64,000 nt of DNA from the NCBI GenBank assembly GCA_963693365.1, contig CAVNZM010000010.1:2666001-2730000 (forward strand), given 5' to 3'. Shown piece by piece: positions 1 through 14,031 of this stretch. A program made the position numbers and the translations under genes. This DNA comes from Amoebidium appalachense (Eukaryota > Protista > Ichthyosporea). Each line of letters starts with the position of its first letter. Within the stretch, counting starts at the first letter, position 1. The notes under the pieces are model-generated. The model worked only from the letters and a program-made list of their open reading frames with translations. It was not told the DNA's origin and ran no database searches.

Positions 1-68
<68 letters not shown>

Positions 69-70
69 AC

Positions 71-2074
71 CTGGTACTTCTCAATGATGGCCTGCATCAT
101 CCCGACCGGTCGGCTAGCCTCGGCACTTTCCTGCTGTGACCACCCCAAGGTAAGCACGTGAGCAATCCAGGCAGCAGGGGGGCAGTGGCTGGCTTCACCC
201 AGGGACACAAAGTAGATTATATAACCATACGTAAGCAATTATAGGCAAGGTAGCAATGTCTGGCTTGAACCAGGAACACAAAGTAGACCATATAATCCAC
301 GTGAGCAACCCACAAAGGGTGGCAATGGCTAAATTCAACAGGGACACAACAGTGGGACATATAACCCACATATGCGAAATCCAGGCGGGGTGGGGACACA
401 AGAATGGAACGGATAGTCCACACGCGCACAACCCAGGCAGGGTGGCAATGGCTGGCTGGCTTCAGGCAGGGACACCATAACACGTGAATACCTGCTGCAC
501 GGGGGTGTCTATCAGCTCCATGAGGGAGAAGTCTCTAGCCTGCTCCATGGTCAGCACCAGCCTTATGGTCCTGTCCCACTGCAGCAGCTGCAGCTGCCGG
601 CCCAGCTCAGCCCCGTGGCGTGGGGGGCTGGCCTCTCTCCTCCTCCTCCTCTTCTTGGGGGCCTGGCCTGCCGTGGGCACCAGCAGGCGCTCGTCGTCAC
701 TGTTGCCCTCATCCGTCCCACCTGCACAGAAAAACTGCTCAGACACTAGGACCTTGCATTTGCAAAAGAAGAAAAAAAAAAGCATCTCCCCTCTACACTT
801 ACTAATTCATTTCCTGCTCTTTTCTCTCTATCTTGCCTCCGGCCCCTTCCCCCTTTCCATCACCCTAGACTTCTTTGTCCCTGTTTCCACACCTCCGGAG
901 CCCATTAGTCCCTTGAATCTGACCTCCTCCCTCCTCAACCCCCCCCCCCCCCCTTCCCAACTCCTCCAAACCAAAAAGGGACAACAAAAAAGAGAAAAGA
1001 AAAGAAGAAAAAAGAAAAAGACGAGCATGGAACTACCAGTTCCCTCCTCTAGTGAAGTTCTGCAGCCTTGCTCCTGTATCTAGGACATACGCCTTCCTTC
1101 ACAAAATAGGCCCATGCCTTCCCCCCCCCCCCCCCCCCGGGCATCCATACTACCTCCCTTGCCCCCCACACCTTCATTCATTGCCCGCCAACATACGGGC
1201 ACATAAATCCCACATCCACAAGCATCCAATACAGATGCAGACAAAAGTACACGTGAAAACAAACACACACAGGCCTTTACACCCTCCCCCCCCCCCTCCC
1301 TCCCCGGTCCAAACCCCATCCCTCCTTCCCCCAGACCATTCACATACCCTTACATCTTACGAAATACCTGCATGGTCATTGCAGCCCCCCCCCACCCCAC
1401 CCCACACGCATAACCCACACAAACAGGTGGGAAGTGGCCCTGTATGCTCAAGAATGACCAGCAACCCCAGTCTTCCTTTCAAACACTTGTGCCCTAACCC
1501 CATCCACCCATGCGGCCAGTAACGAATGCAAACAACACCTGAGCTTGACTTAGAAGTCATCCTTTACACCACTTTCCCTTCCCGTTCTCTCCCACAGGTC
1601 CTACATATGGCAATCCACCTTCCTAACTTTCCCGACTCCCCCTCAAGAATCAACCAAGCTCAACCGTGAGGCCCGTCACAACACACAAGCTGGACCCCCC
1701 CCCCCCCCCCCCCCTCCTCCCCCCCCCTCCCCCTACACACCCCCTCCCTCCTCCTCCTCCCTCCCCCTGCCGTCCCCTCCCTTTCGTGTACAACAGTGCA
1801 TTTCATGTCAGTTGTTAAGCCCTTTAGGCTTATACATTTCAAACGCAGACCAGTGCCTCCCTATTCCATAGTAAGCACAACATCCTGGCCAAACGAACGA
1901 AAATGAACAGCGCCGCCAATCCCTCGTGCACAACCCATATGAAAGTAAACAACCAGACAACATGATCAGAGACCAGCAAGGACATGAGCCAGAGGACAAC
2001 TTACTGTCACCATTGCTGTCATCGTCCCCGCTCCCGGCTGTAGGATCTTCCTCCTTGTCTGACATGTTCAGCAA
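71..2074 (-). CDS. Partial multi-exon gene running off the left edge; possibly ubinuclein/Hpc2-like (HIRA complex)
   Basis: AG/GT-bounded exons at about 1036-1079, 492-721 (GGTDEGNSDDE...PKKRRRR...RTIRLVLTMEQARDFSLMELI) and 71-133 (QESAEASRPVGMMQAIIEKYQ), plus an acidic segment near 1990-2074. TIRLVL..FSLMELI followed by IIEKY resembles the ubinuclein N-terminus upstream of the HRD domain, but the HRD itself is not in the window. Upstream exons may extend to about 3400. Confidence 0.45.
160..480. repeat. Degenerate intronic minisatellite, unit about 65 bp
   Basis: Recurring GGGTGGCAATGGCT...CAGGGACACAA.AGT.GAC.ATATAA motif, about 4-5 imperfect copies. Confidence 0.6.
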
Positions 2075-2285
2075 CTATGCCTGCCTGTGTTCAAGCTGAA
2101 GTAAGCACTTCACATACCGGGCTGATTCATAGAAACCGCCCAGCGTCTATCCAGCCTATCAGAGCTGCTCTAAACATACCTGCTTGGAGCTGGATGCCTA
2201 ACGGCCCCATCAAGGCACTACAGCACACAAGTACCACAACTATGATATGTCCACTGTAAATCCTGGGGGCAGAATTCTAACCCGT

Positions 2286-2319
<34 letters not shown>

Positions 2320-3485
2320 TATTCGAGTGGGGTGAACGGAAGAGTTAAAGAGTAATCTGCACCGCAAAGAGATTGGAAATGACGAGAACCCAGTAGGAAA
2401 TGGGTGGGAAAAGAGGTGATAGCACTCAAGGGGTGGAAGGATATGTTCACAAGAAAAGCTAATACGATACGTATCTGGTAGCCAGAAGCGATGCAGGATG
2501 GTAGGTTGCATAAAAGATGTACTAAATTGATATCGGTTGAAGATTGCAGGAGGGTAGCATCGAGAAGCAAACTACCAAGTGCGGGGCACCGTCCACACTT
2601 GCCCAATAACTGCTAGCAAGGGAGCAAGGGAGAAAAAAAAAGGGGGAGGGGGGGGGGGGGGGGGGGGGGGAGGGAGAGTGAGAGAGAAGCAAAAAGGGGA
2701 GGGGAGGGAGGGGGGGACAGAGAGAGAGAGCCTGAAAAAATTGCAGAAAGAGAGAGGGGGATGGGGGGAGGTGGGGTTGGGCATTGCCCAACCCTCCTTC
2801 CCCCGGGAGGAAAATATCTGTGTCTTCGCCTGCTCTGCTAGCCTTCTTGCCTTCCTAAACGTGCGTGCACGAACCTCAAACATGATCTATTCTTTGGACT
2901 GAGGCAGATTGCATGGCAGAAACGTGGAGCACCCCCCTCCCCTAAATGGTGTTGAATGTGCCTGTTGCTGCAACCACGACCTCTCTCAGCCCAAAATCTA
3001 AAACCTTTAGGTTACTCCTCGCGCTTCCGGTCTGTGCTCCAAATGATCTCCGCTTCTCCGTTTGGCAACTACACACAAAGAAACCTAGAACATCAGAATG
3101 CCCGACAAGGAGATCTAAAGGGACATATTAGCTCGATGCTCCTGCAGAGAAATGAGTAGACGGTTGACAGCGGAAACACTGCTTACCTGTACCGTCCAGC
3201 TGGGTAGGGCATAAGAAACACCCGTTGTAGGAGTAATAGCCGCTACGGGCTCCCTTGTGACTACTCTACAAGCAGCTCTCGAAGTGTGCCTCCCACGACA
3301 ACTAAAACCGGAACATCTCTAGCTGTAAACCCCTGAGCTAACACTCTGGCTATCATGGCCACACTCGAGGTTATTTACAGGAAATACGTAAAACATGGCC
3401 CTTCCAGCTGCTAAAGTTTCGCCTCAGCTGACACCTGCAGACCTGTGAGCCTTGCCCAGCTCCCAGATTTGCGCCCAGGAGGTGA

Positions 3486-3587
3486 TTCCCGCCAAAACGC
3501 AGAGTCAGCCAATGAAAGCGCGACGTTGCTGATAGGACAAATGAGCACTATTACCATATATGGTGCTTATTGGATGTGTATGATTGG
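3486..3587. promoter_or_regulatory. Putative bidirectional promoter with E2F site, CCAAT boxes and CArG box
   Basis: TTCCCGCCAAAA (3486-3497), AGCCAATG (3508-3515), CCATATATGG (3554-3563), ATTGG (3569) and GATTGG (3582), lying between two divergent genes. Confidence 0.5.
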
Positions 3588-3959
3588 TTATTTGTGTACC
3601 AACCGTGAGCCAGTTGCTTTTCGTGTAAAGTTTGCAACCATTTGGCATTGAACTTTAGTTCACCGTGAGTGCAATAATCCCCACCCACTAGCACTTACGT
3701 TATAGTGGTTTACACTTATGTTATGTTGGGGTCGTTCTTTCAGGCAGTGTCATATTGCCGCTTTTTCCGCCTCTGAGTAACCGTATAACGCCATCCCGTG
3801 GGTAGACGTCTGTCCATCGTCTGGCAAGCGCACCTCCTGAAGGCCCCACATTTGTGTCTTTCAACTATGTTTACACTGGGTTCAGCCTAGATCTCTGTCT
3901 GCAGCTGTATAGTAGCTGTTTGAGCCAGCCTCAGGCAAGGCGCCAGCTGCGTGGATAGT

Positions 3960-4364
3960 ATGGCGGGCGGGACAAACCGGTGGATTGCCAGCGTGGCGCT
4001 GGTGTTTTTGTTTTTCCTCGGTGCCGTGCCGTCGTTTGTCTTCGGGTAAGTGTTCCTTGCAACACCCAAACAGCTTGAATGACTAGGCTAAGGGCTTACG
4101 TTTTGGCCGGAAAGTTTCGAATACTGTTCGTGTTTGTACGTACCATTCTACAGCATAAGTCTGTACAATTCAGGAACTCTTCCATGTGTGCCTGTCATGA
4201 TGATAGGATCACGCACAGCGCTTGCCATCTCACGCACACACTCGCTCACGCAACTGCGTACGTACAGACACAAATACACACGTGTGGCAATGTGCAAAGG
4301 AAAACACACACATAAGCCTCCCCCCCCCGTCCCATCCTTCACCCCCCCAACCCCCCGAACACAC

Positions 4365-4453
<89 letters not shown>

Positions 4454-5667
4454 CCGTTATGTACCCGTACACGCCTCAGATCCCTTCCATCCCCCTCCCC
4501 CCTCCCCCACCTCTCCCCTACCCTTCCCTCTCTCCGCGCGCGGGCTGGCACACACATACGTCTGCGTACGCGCTACCCGCGCAGGCACACGTTCAAGAAC
4601 GCAAGATTAGACGCCTAAGATATATCCACACGCAGACCTGGATCCACAAATATGCGGGCTGGGTTTACCGCCATCTTTTTGCGATGTTGAAATGTCCATG
4701 TTGTCTTGTGCTTGCTGTGCACAGGTCAGGATCCTTATTGGCATGCATATATGAGAAACGAAGCGCAGACTGTTCCCCCCCCCCCCCCCCCCCTCCCCCC
4801 ACGTCACGTTCGCATGCGAAAAACCACCCCTTGACATGCAAGCAAAGGTACACGGACGTGCACCCGCTTCCGCATGCACATGCAACCGTACGCCCCTCCC
4901 CTTCCCCCACTCCCCCGCCACCCCCCTCCCTTCCAAACCTCTCCCTTTCCCTTGCCTCTTGCTTACCACAGCAACCTGGGTGTGGCAGTTCTCCCGGCTC
5001 TTGCTTTTTGCTACTTGCTCGCATAACTATCTCTCCTCGTTTCCAGTCAATATGGGCAAAGCACCCACATCTAGACAAAGTGCCTTTCTGAGTTGGTGTG
5101 CGTGGGAGGTGATGGGTCGAAATGAGGGTACGATTGGCCTTCTTGAAGATGGGTAGTGTTTATGTTGGTATTTATGTTGAGTTATTGGAGTGTTGTGTCT
5201 TTGTTCGTTAAGTCACAGTGTGTAACCTTGTTTGAGGTGGTGCTTCATACTGTATAATACTTCACCCCTCCCCCCCCCCCCCCCTCCCCCTCTCCCCCAA
5301 CACCCCCACCCCCTCTCCCCACTCCCAAGCACCACCCCTCTCTCCCTTCCCCTTTTCCCTTCACCCACTTTTTTTTTGCACTTACATAAACACAACAAGA
5401 CCCACACTCAACCACCTAGGCCCCACTAACCACATCTTGCCACTCTGCAGCATATGTGTAGGGGCAGGGCTTGTGCTGGCTGGGCAGGTGCTTTACGGCA
5501 AGGTCACGGAGGAGAGGCTCCAGAAGCGGCCAACACCTCCCGGTGATGGAACTATTGAGGATGCGGCCTTCCCAACAAACACCCCGTTGGGTGAAGGTAT
5601 GCCTCTCTGATATGGCCACGTTATTACATAACAAATGGGCGCCTTCTTTTCTTGCTGGGTTTCGAAG

Positions 5668-5760
<93 letters not shown>

Positions 5761-6231
5761 GCGGCGAGGGGGGGGGGGGAGGGGGGGGTCTTGTACGTGA
5801 GCACGATGAGGTGTTGGCATGGTGTTCAGTGTGCTATCAACACGGAAACACAGCACCACAATGGTTATGCACATAACGGGCACAAGCAGAAGGACAGAAC
5901 ATAAGGGCTGTGGTTGCACCAGGGTCCTTGTTCTTGAAAATTGCCGGGGCCTTGGTGTAGAACGACATACCCCCTCCCATGCCCAGGCTGCCCGTAGTGA
6001 GTGTATGTGTGTGTGTGCGGTCAAATAGAATGTACACCCAAGGAATACGTGGCTTATGGTGCGTCTCTGCAGGCATCGAGACGCAGAAGGATGGGTGGAT
6101 AATTGTTGCCTTTGACTGGAACCCAAATCTCAAGTTCACCCTGGACTTTCCAAGCGATGGCCGAGAATGTCTGGTCAGGGGGGCATGTAAGTTTGTTAAA
6201 CTGCTGGCACAATCCACTGCCCCCCCTCCCC

Positions 6232-6262
<31 letters not shown>

Positions 6263-8500
6263 ACACACACACCAGGTCCGCTTTGCTCACAACCAAGCTT
6301 TACACTCCCCACTTTTTTTTTCCTGGCTCCTTCTAACAGCCCCCCCCCCCCCCCCCCTCCCCCCCTCCCCCTCCCCCCCCCCCCCCCCCCCCCAATAAAT
6401 ATACATACTACATACATATATATAGTGAACAAATAATATAAGTGAAAAGAAAAGAAAAGGCCCCAATCAACAATCAATCACCACTGCACCCCGTAATACA
6501 TTATCCAGTCAATGAGCCTTACGGTGCACCCCCCGCCCCCCCCCGGGGCATGACTTGTGTCTATGCCTGTCTGCTTGTCATGCCTACTTACCCCACACCC
6601 CTAGCATGCGCATGCGTGAGCCCCGCATGCTGACAAAGGATGTGATAGTCGACATCGACCTCAAAGGCACCACCGTGAGCCTGGTAGGTGTCCCCTGCAT
6701 CTGCCTCCCCCCCCCCCCTCCCCCCCCCCCATCTTCCCCCCCTCCTCCTCCTCCCCCCCCCCCCCCCCCCTCTTCCCCCCGTGCTCCTTCCCCCCCCTCC
6801 TCCCCCTCCTCCCCCCTCCCCCCCTTTCCACCCCAGCCGTTAGGTGTTCCCTCTGTTACCAGGAAGGTGTGCAGGAACATTGAAGCAAGCGCACGTAGGC
6901 ACTTGTTCAGTCGCCACTGTCACATGAAGGCAATTTCACTTGTCATGTGCCCTAATGCACGTGCAGTCACGTGCCCTAATGCACGTGCAGTCACGTGCCC
7001 TAATGCACGTGCAGTCATGTGCCCTAATGCACGTGCAGTCACGTGCCGTAATGCACGTGCAGTCACGTGCCCTAATGCACGTGCAGGCTGTGGGGCTGTT
7101 TGTTCTGAGGGGGTTGGGTGCAGGTGCCGGACAACCTGAGCAAGGGCAGCATGTGGGCCACCAAGTCGCCCATCCTGCTGGAGTGCAAGGACAGGGCCCT
7201 GCTGGCCAACCGCCACCGCATCTTCATCTTTGCCTACACACGCAGGGACAAGGTGCATGCAGTGCGGATTGCCTGGGGTGGTGCACGTGGCAGGGGGATG
7301 GTGGGGGGGTTATGCTGGGTTGTGCACGTGACAAGGGAGGGGGGGAGAGTGGGGTATGCCGGGTGGTGTACGTGGCAGGGAGGGGGGGGGGGGGTATGCT
7401 GGGTTGTGCACGTGCATGGCAGTGCGGATGCAACATCGTTCAAATATGGCTTATGCACCTTCAAGTTGGTGTTTACTGGGTTGTGCACCTGCATGTTGGT
7501 TCTGGGTGTTTAGGTTGTTTAAGCATTATATATAATAGATATATACACATACATACATACATACATATATTGTTTTGCAGATGGTGGTGCAGTGTGCTGA
7601 CGGGCATATGCACAGGAGCAATGGTTCTATGCGCTGCGTGACGGTGCGCTGTACTGGCACCTGCCCACCCGCACCCTGCTGGCCAGGCACCAGGCTGAGT
7701 TCCAGCGCTACATGGCCCACCTGCAGGCCACTGTGCGCCACAGGCTGGTCCGTGCCCTGCCCTGCTAGTTTTGTTCATTATTTATTTGTTTATTTAATTA
7801 TTAGACATGTTTTACCATAACACATTTTGTTTCGAATATAATAAGTATATCGCTGACCTGCCTAATCTGGTAAAATCGCAAAAAAGATATTCGAAATCGA
7901 TATACTTTCGAATATCGTTCATATGAAAGGGCCAAAAGATATTCGACAGTAGTATAGTATATCTTTTGGTAAGATCGAATTTGATTGGACGCGAACGCAT
8001 CGATTGCGCACCATGGTCTGGTCGGCTGTTCGTGCAATCCTGCGATATACTTATTATATACTAAACAAAAAGTGGTACGGTAAAATCGACCACATCAAAT
8101 AGTATATGATAAGTATATCAAGATATACTTCTTATATTCGAAACAAAATGTGTTATGGTAAAATATGTCTAATAAGCTCGATATACTTATTATATACTAT
8201 TTGATGTGGTCGATTTTACCATACCACTTTTTGTTTAGTATATAATAATAAGTATATCGCAGGATCGCACGAACAGCCGACCCGACCATGGTGCGCAATC
8301 GATGCATTCGCGTCCAATCAAATTCGATCTTACCAAAAGATATACTATACTACCGTCGAATATCTTTTGGCCCTTTCATATGAACGATATTCTAAAGTAT
8401 ATCGATTTCGAATATCTTCTTCGCGATTTTACCAGATTTGGCAAGTCGGCGATATACTTATCATATTCGAAACAAAATGTGTTATGGTAAAACATGTCTA

Positions 8501-8532
<32 letters not shown>

Positions 8533-9762
8533 GTTTTGCGGGGAGGAATGGTGGGGGGGGGGGGGGGGGGGGGGGGGGGGAGGGGGAGGTGTCAGGTTTT
8601 ATAGGAACTGAGGACCTAAGCTCGTGTATAAATAACACAACGCTATAATAATATACAAGCAATCAATCGACCATGTAGATATGCTGGCATGTATAGCACC
8701 AAGCACCCTGCAGTATCCCCTGCTGGGTGCATATGACTGATGGGTTTATTGCTGTGCAGAAACACAGGGCCGAAGCGCACGATGAGCACCCTGCATCACA
8801 ACCCGGTGAGGGGGGCCAGGGGGCAGACCAGCATGGGACACCTGCAGAGGAACAGAGAGAAAAGAAGGTCTGTGGCCGTTTTTGTGGTTGGTTTTTGCAT
8901 TGACCATAGTCATGTTCTCTCATTGGCCATGGTGTGTGATGCTCAAGTGAACGCAAAACAGCCTGGCTATGGAACGTACGGGTCTGCATGGCGGGCACGG
9001 TGGGAGACAGGTAGTGGTTCGTGGTCACGAGGGTGCAGGCTGCAGAAGTTTTGATGGTTGAAACAATACAAATAAAGCAGTGAGGTAAAGATGAAGAGAT
9101 CAAGGTGAGGGTACATCGTGTGCTCACTCAGTGGTGTGTTGCACTCGGCAGCATCGCCTGCCCCCCCATCACCACAAACCACGGCCAACCAGTCACAGGC
9201 GCATGGGGGCCGATGGGGGTTTACTGCGGTATGTGCTTACCTTAATGAGGTGTGGGTTGGATGACAGTCGTTGCATCATGGTAGATGGGTGAAGGCTGCA
9301 CACTGCCATGGGGTCGTTTGTGCATGTGCACCTGCATGGGTGGAACACGGAGAAAGGCTATAACACCTTGTGTCGAGGGGTTGGCTTTACTTGATCTGGT
9401 CTGTGGCATGCACATACATGCTCACACACAAACTCTACCCCCCCCCCCCCACACACACACACACACACACATGCACACAAACACACTACACAGTCCACCT
9501 GGGGGCAACGGCGGACATCCGGGTCTGCACCAACACCCACGCCAGGTACCCCACAGCCGTCTGTGGCCAGCCTGACACCCAGCGGGCCTGCATCCCCTCA
9601 GCCACAGCAGGTGGGTTCCCATTGGTTGTTGTTTACGGATTTACGGGCGGAAACCCACTCCTCGTATTTGCACATCCAAATGCACCATCGTAACCTACAC
9701 AGACACTCTGAAAGATATATGATTAAGGTAACACACACATACACACATATGCACTCGCGTGC

Positions 9763-9806
<44 letters not shown>

Positions 9807-11201
9807 GCACATATGCATTCGTGCGCGAGCACACACACACACACACACACACACTCACTCACTCACTCACTCACTCACTCACTCACTCACTCACTCACTC
9901 ACTCACACACACACACCACCTACTTACCACATGCACACACACAGACCACACGGTCATGGTGGGCGCCATTCCGATCGCAAAACAGCATCCCAACAGCCGT
10001 TGCAGCCAGTGAGTCTCCATCCAATGGGCTCACACGCAGCACCAGTGCCAGTGCTCTGCCCACCCAACCCCCCGACCGCAGCCCAAGGGTACCCACCTCC
10101 CTCACCCCCCAGCCTCCTTCGCCACCCCCGGGGTCACCCTCCAGCTCTCTGCACCTGGAGGCCACGCAGCAGGCCATACCCAGCCTACCGCAGCAGTCGC
10201 CGGAGCAGCCAGCCAATAGCGGCCGCCTAAGGGACTCTCTGCGTGGGCTGTGGCGCAGGGGCCTTGACTACAGCAACCAGGGCGCAGACCAGCCCGGCAC
10301 GCCCACCTCCCTGCCACTGTCCCCCCCTGCCTCCAGACCCCCAGCACCCCCACCTGCCCGGCCCCCGGCCTACCGGGCCAGCCTCGAGGCTGTGCCTAGT
10401 GGTTCACCACCCCTAAGCCCCCAACCCAACGGCACTGCAGGCTCCCCAGGCCCAGACATGCATGTTTCCCCTGGGCCCATCTCTGGGGACGGGCCTGGGG
10501 CGCCGCCACCAAGGCCACCCACGGGACCTAGACGGCAGCCCACCGTGAGCATACCCAGTACCGACCCACCCGGCCAGCAAACACAGCCAACACAGCCGGC
10601 CACAGGGGGTGAGAGTGCTGGTGTGGCCCCTCCCAGACCCCCCAGCACCCCCTACCATGGGCCCTGCTGCACCACAGCAAGATAATGCCGTGCCTGTGCC
10701 TGTGTCTCCCACCTCCCCTGACCAACCACCAGCGCACAACCACACAGAGCCCGGCAGGGTAGCACCCTTAGCTAAGCCCCAGTCAGCGGATGGCAGCCTA
10801 GGGGGCAGTGTGGGTGCTGTGGGTAGCACACAGGGCCTAGGTAGCATGTCGCACAGCCAGCTGCCTGGCCCAGCTAGCCTGGCCCCGGCCCCAGAGGTGG
10901 CCTCACCTAGACCAGCCAGCCAGCCCCTACAGCCCCCCTCCAGCGGCAGTTTGGCTGCATCCCAGCCCAGTAGCACAAAGGGTCACTTGGCCAAGCATGA
11001 TGGAGCCACCAAGAAAACGGGGGAGAAGGTGGGTGGGGATGGTGAGGCAGGGTCAATAAAGGAGCATGAGAGGAAGCGCAACAGAGGGCTGCGGAACTCA
11101 CGGCAGCTGAGCGACCTGCGGGCACTTGCATTCTTTAACATGATGTGGGGGCGCATGTTCTGGGACATGCATCTGGACCAGCATAGGGTCGAGCGCTGGA
11201 G

Positions 11202-11232
<31 letters not shown>

Positions 11233-11335
11233 TCTGTGTGTGTCTGTGTCTGTGGGTGTGGGTGTGGGTGTATGTGTGTTTGTGCGTCCGTGTATGGGGG
11301 TGTTTTTTTTTTTAAGTGTGTGAGCGTGTGCGTGT

Positions 11336-11388
<53 letters not shown>

Positions 11389-11540
11389 AGGGGGAGGGGG
11401 GTGGGGGGAGTGTTAGTCTGTTTGGTCAGTGATGGTGGTTTTGTGTGCACTGGTGGTTGGACCAGCTGCACCTGAAAAAGAGACTGAGTAATGGGAGGTA
11501 GGGGAGGCATGTGGAGGAAAGGAGGAGTGAGGTTTTTTTT

Positions 11541-11595
<55 letters not shown>

Positions 11596-13938
11596 TTTGA
11601 AGCGCCTACCCACGTGCATGTGCGAGCAGGAAGAAGCTGGAGGTGTCTCTGGAAAAGGCCCGCAGGCCATCGTTCATCTCCCGCATAGCGGTCAAGGACT
11701 TCAGGCTGGGCAACAACCCCCCGATCATAGAGGTAACACCACAACACACCCACACACCCAACCCCCCGATCATAGAGGTAACACCACAACACACCCACAC
11801 ACCCAACCCCCCGATCATAGAGGTAACACCACAACACACCCACACACCCAACCCCCCGATCATAGAGGTAACACCACAACACACCCACACACCCAACCCC
11901 CCGATCATAGAGGTAACACCACAACACACCCACACACCCAACCCCCCGATCATAGAGGTAACACCACAACACACCCACACACCCAACCCCCCGATCATAG
12001 AGGTAACACCACAACACACCCACACACCCAACCCCCCGATCATAGAGGTAACACCACAACACACCCACACACCCAACCCCCCGATCATAGAGGTAACACC
12101 ACAACACACCCACACACCCAACCCCCCGATCATAGAGGTAACACCACAACACACCCACACACCCAACCCCCCGATCATAGAGGTAACACCACAACACACC
12201 CACACACCCAACCCCCCGATCATAGAGGTAACACCACAACACACCCACACACCCAACCCCCCGATCATAGAGGTAACACCACAACACACCCACACACCCA
12301 ACCCCCCGATCATAGAGGTAACACCACAACACACCCACACACCCAACCCCCCGATCATAGAGGTAACACCACAACACACCCACACACCCAACCCCCCGAT
12401 CATAGAGGTAACACCACAACACACCCACACACCCAACCCCCCGATCATAGAGGTAACACCACAACACACCCACACACCCAACCCCCCGATCATAGAGGTA
12501 ACACCACAACACACCCACACACCCAACCCCCCGATCATAGAGGTAACACCACAACACACCCACACACCCAACCCCCCGATCATAGAGGTAACACCACAAC
12601 ACACCCACACACCCAACCCCCCGATCATAGAGGTAACACCACAACACACCCACACACCCAACCCCCCGATCATAGAGGTAACACCACAACACACCCACAC
12701 ACCCAACCCCCCGATCATAGAGGTAACACCACAACACACCCACACACCCAACCCCCCGATCATAGAGGTAACACCACAACACACCCACACACCCAACCCC
12801 CCGATCATAGAGGTAACACCACAACACACCCACACACCCAACCCCCCGATCATAGAGGTAACACCACAACACACCCACACACCCAACCCCCCGATCATAG
12901 AGGTAACACCACAACACACCCACACACCCAACCCCCCGATCATAGAGGTAACACCACAACACACCCACACACCCAACCCCCCGATCATAGAGGTAACACC
13001 ACAACACACCCACACACCCAACCCCCCGATCATAGAGGTAACACCACAACACACCCACACACCCAACCCCCCGATCATAGAGGTAACACCACAACACACC
13101 CACACACCCAACCGCTCGTCTACCCACTCGCCACCGGCAACCTGTTCATCCCTCCTGCCCGGATCCTGGGCTCTCCCCATTATACTGATAACTGATATTG
13201 GGACATACAAGCTGAAGATTCCGATTGTCTTTGTCTCACTAAGAAATAAATTGAACATCATATCAGAAATACAACCCTTTTGGCTCTCCAACACACCAAG
13301 AACTGAAGGATTCAAGCAGAGCGTCATTTGACAATGTACACACACACACTGCCTTTTATCGCAACTGGGCAGGACAGCATGATGGCAGGTGTTACCCAAT
13401 TAGAATTAGCCAAGTATAGTACGCGGCATTTTTGGCAGATGGCTAGCCATAAAAAGTTTGTTTTGTCACCTTGCTGGCTAACCTTTTTGGCTGCAGCACT
13501 GCCTGCAGTAATATTATTTCTGCAAAACAATATAGTAAAAATCATAAGCTTTCAGGAAATATATGATTTACGACCAAATAACCGCTTTCTGAAGGTGATA
13601 ACATCGCTACAAATTCAGCCAGTCCGATATGCCATTATGCTGGGCTGGGCTGTCTTGTGCGGTGGTGCACGAGCTGGTACTGACGGGCCCAATCAGAGTA
13701 TCGACCGGGTGGCCTGCTTCCAGGAAGGCATCGTCTGCGAGTGCAAGGTGTGTAATAAGTGGGAGATTTGGGCAAGGGTGTGGTGATGTTGGGCTTGCAC
13801 GTGCATTGCGCGTGTGAGGCCAAAAAATGTTTTTTACGTTTTTCCTTTTTTTTTTTTTTTTTTTTTTTTTTGCGGCACAGGGCCACATGTGTGTGGGCTT
13901 GAGCCTGTCCTGCCAAGATGTGATGTGTGTAGGCGGGT

Positions 13939-14031
<93 letters not shown>

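Noticed and set aside
10983-13399. Long ORFs of 532-714 aa and a CRISPR-like periodic appearance
   Set aside because: They arise from a stop-free 45-bp tandem repeat with identical units and no unique spacers; neither a CRISPR array nor independent genes.
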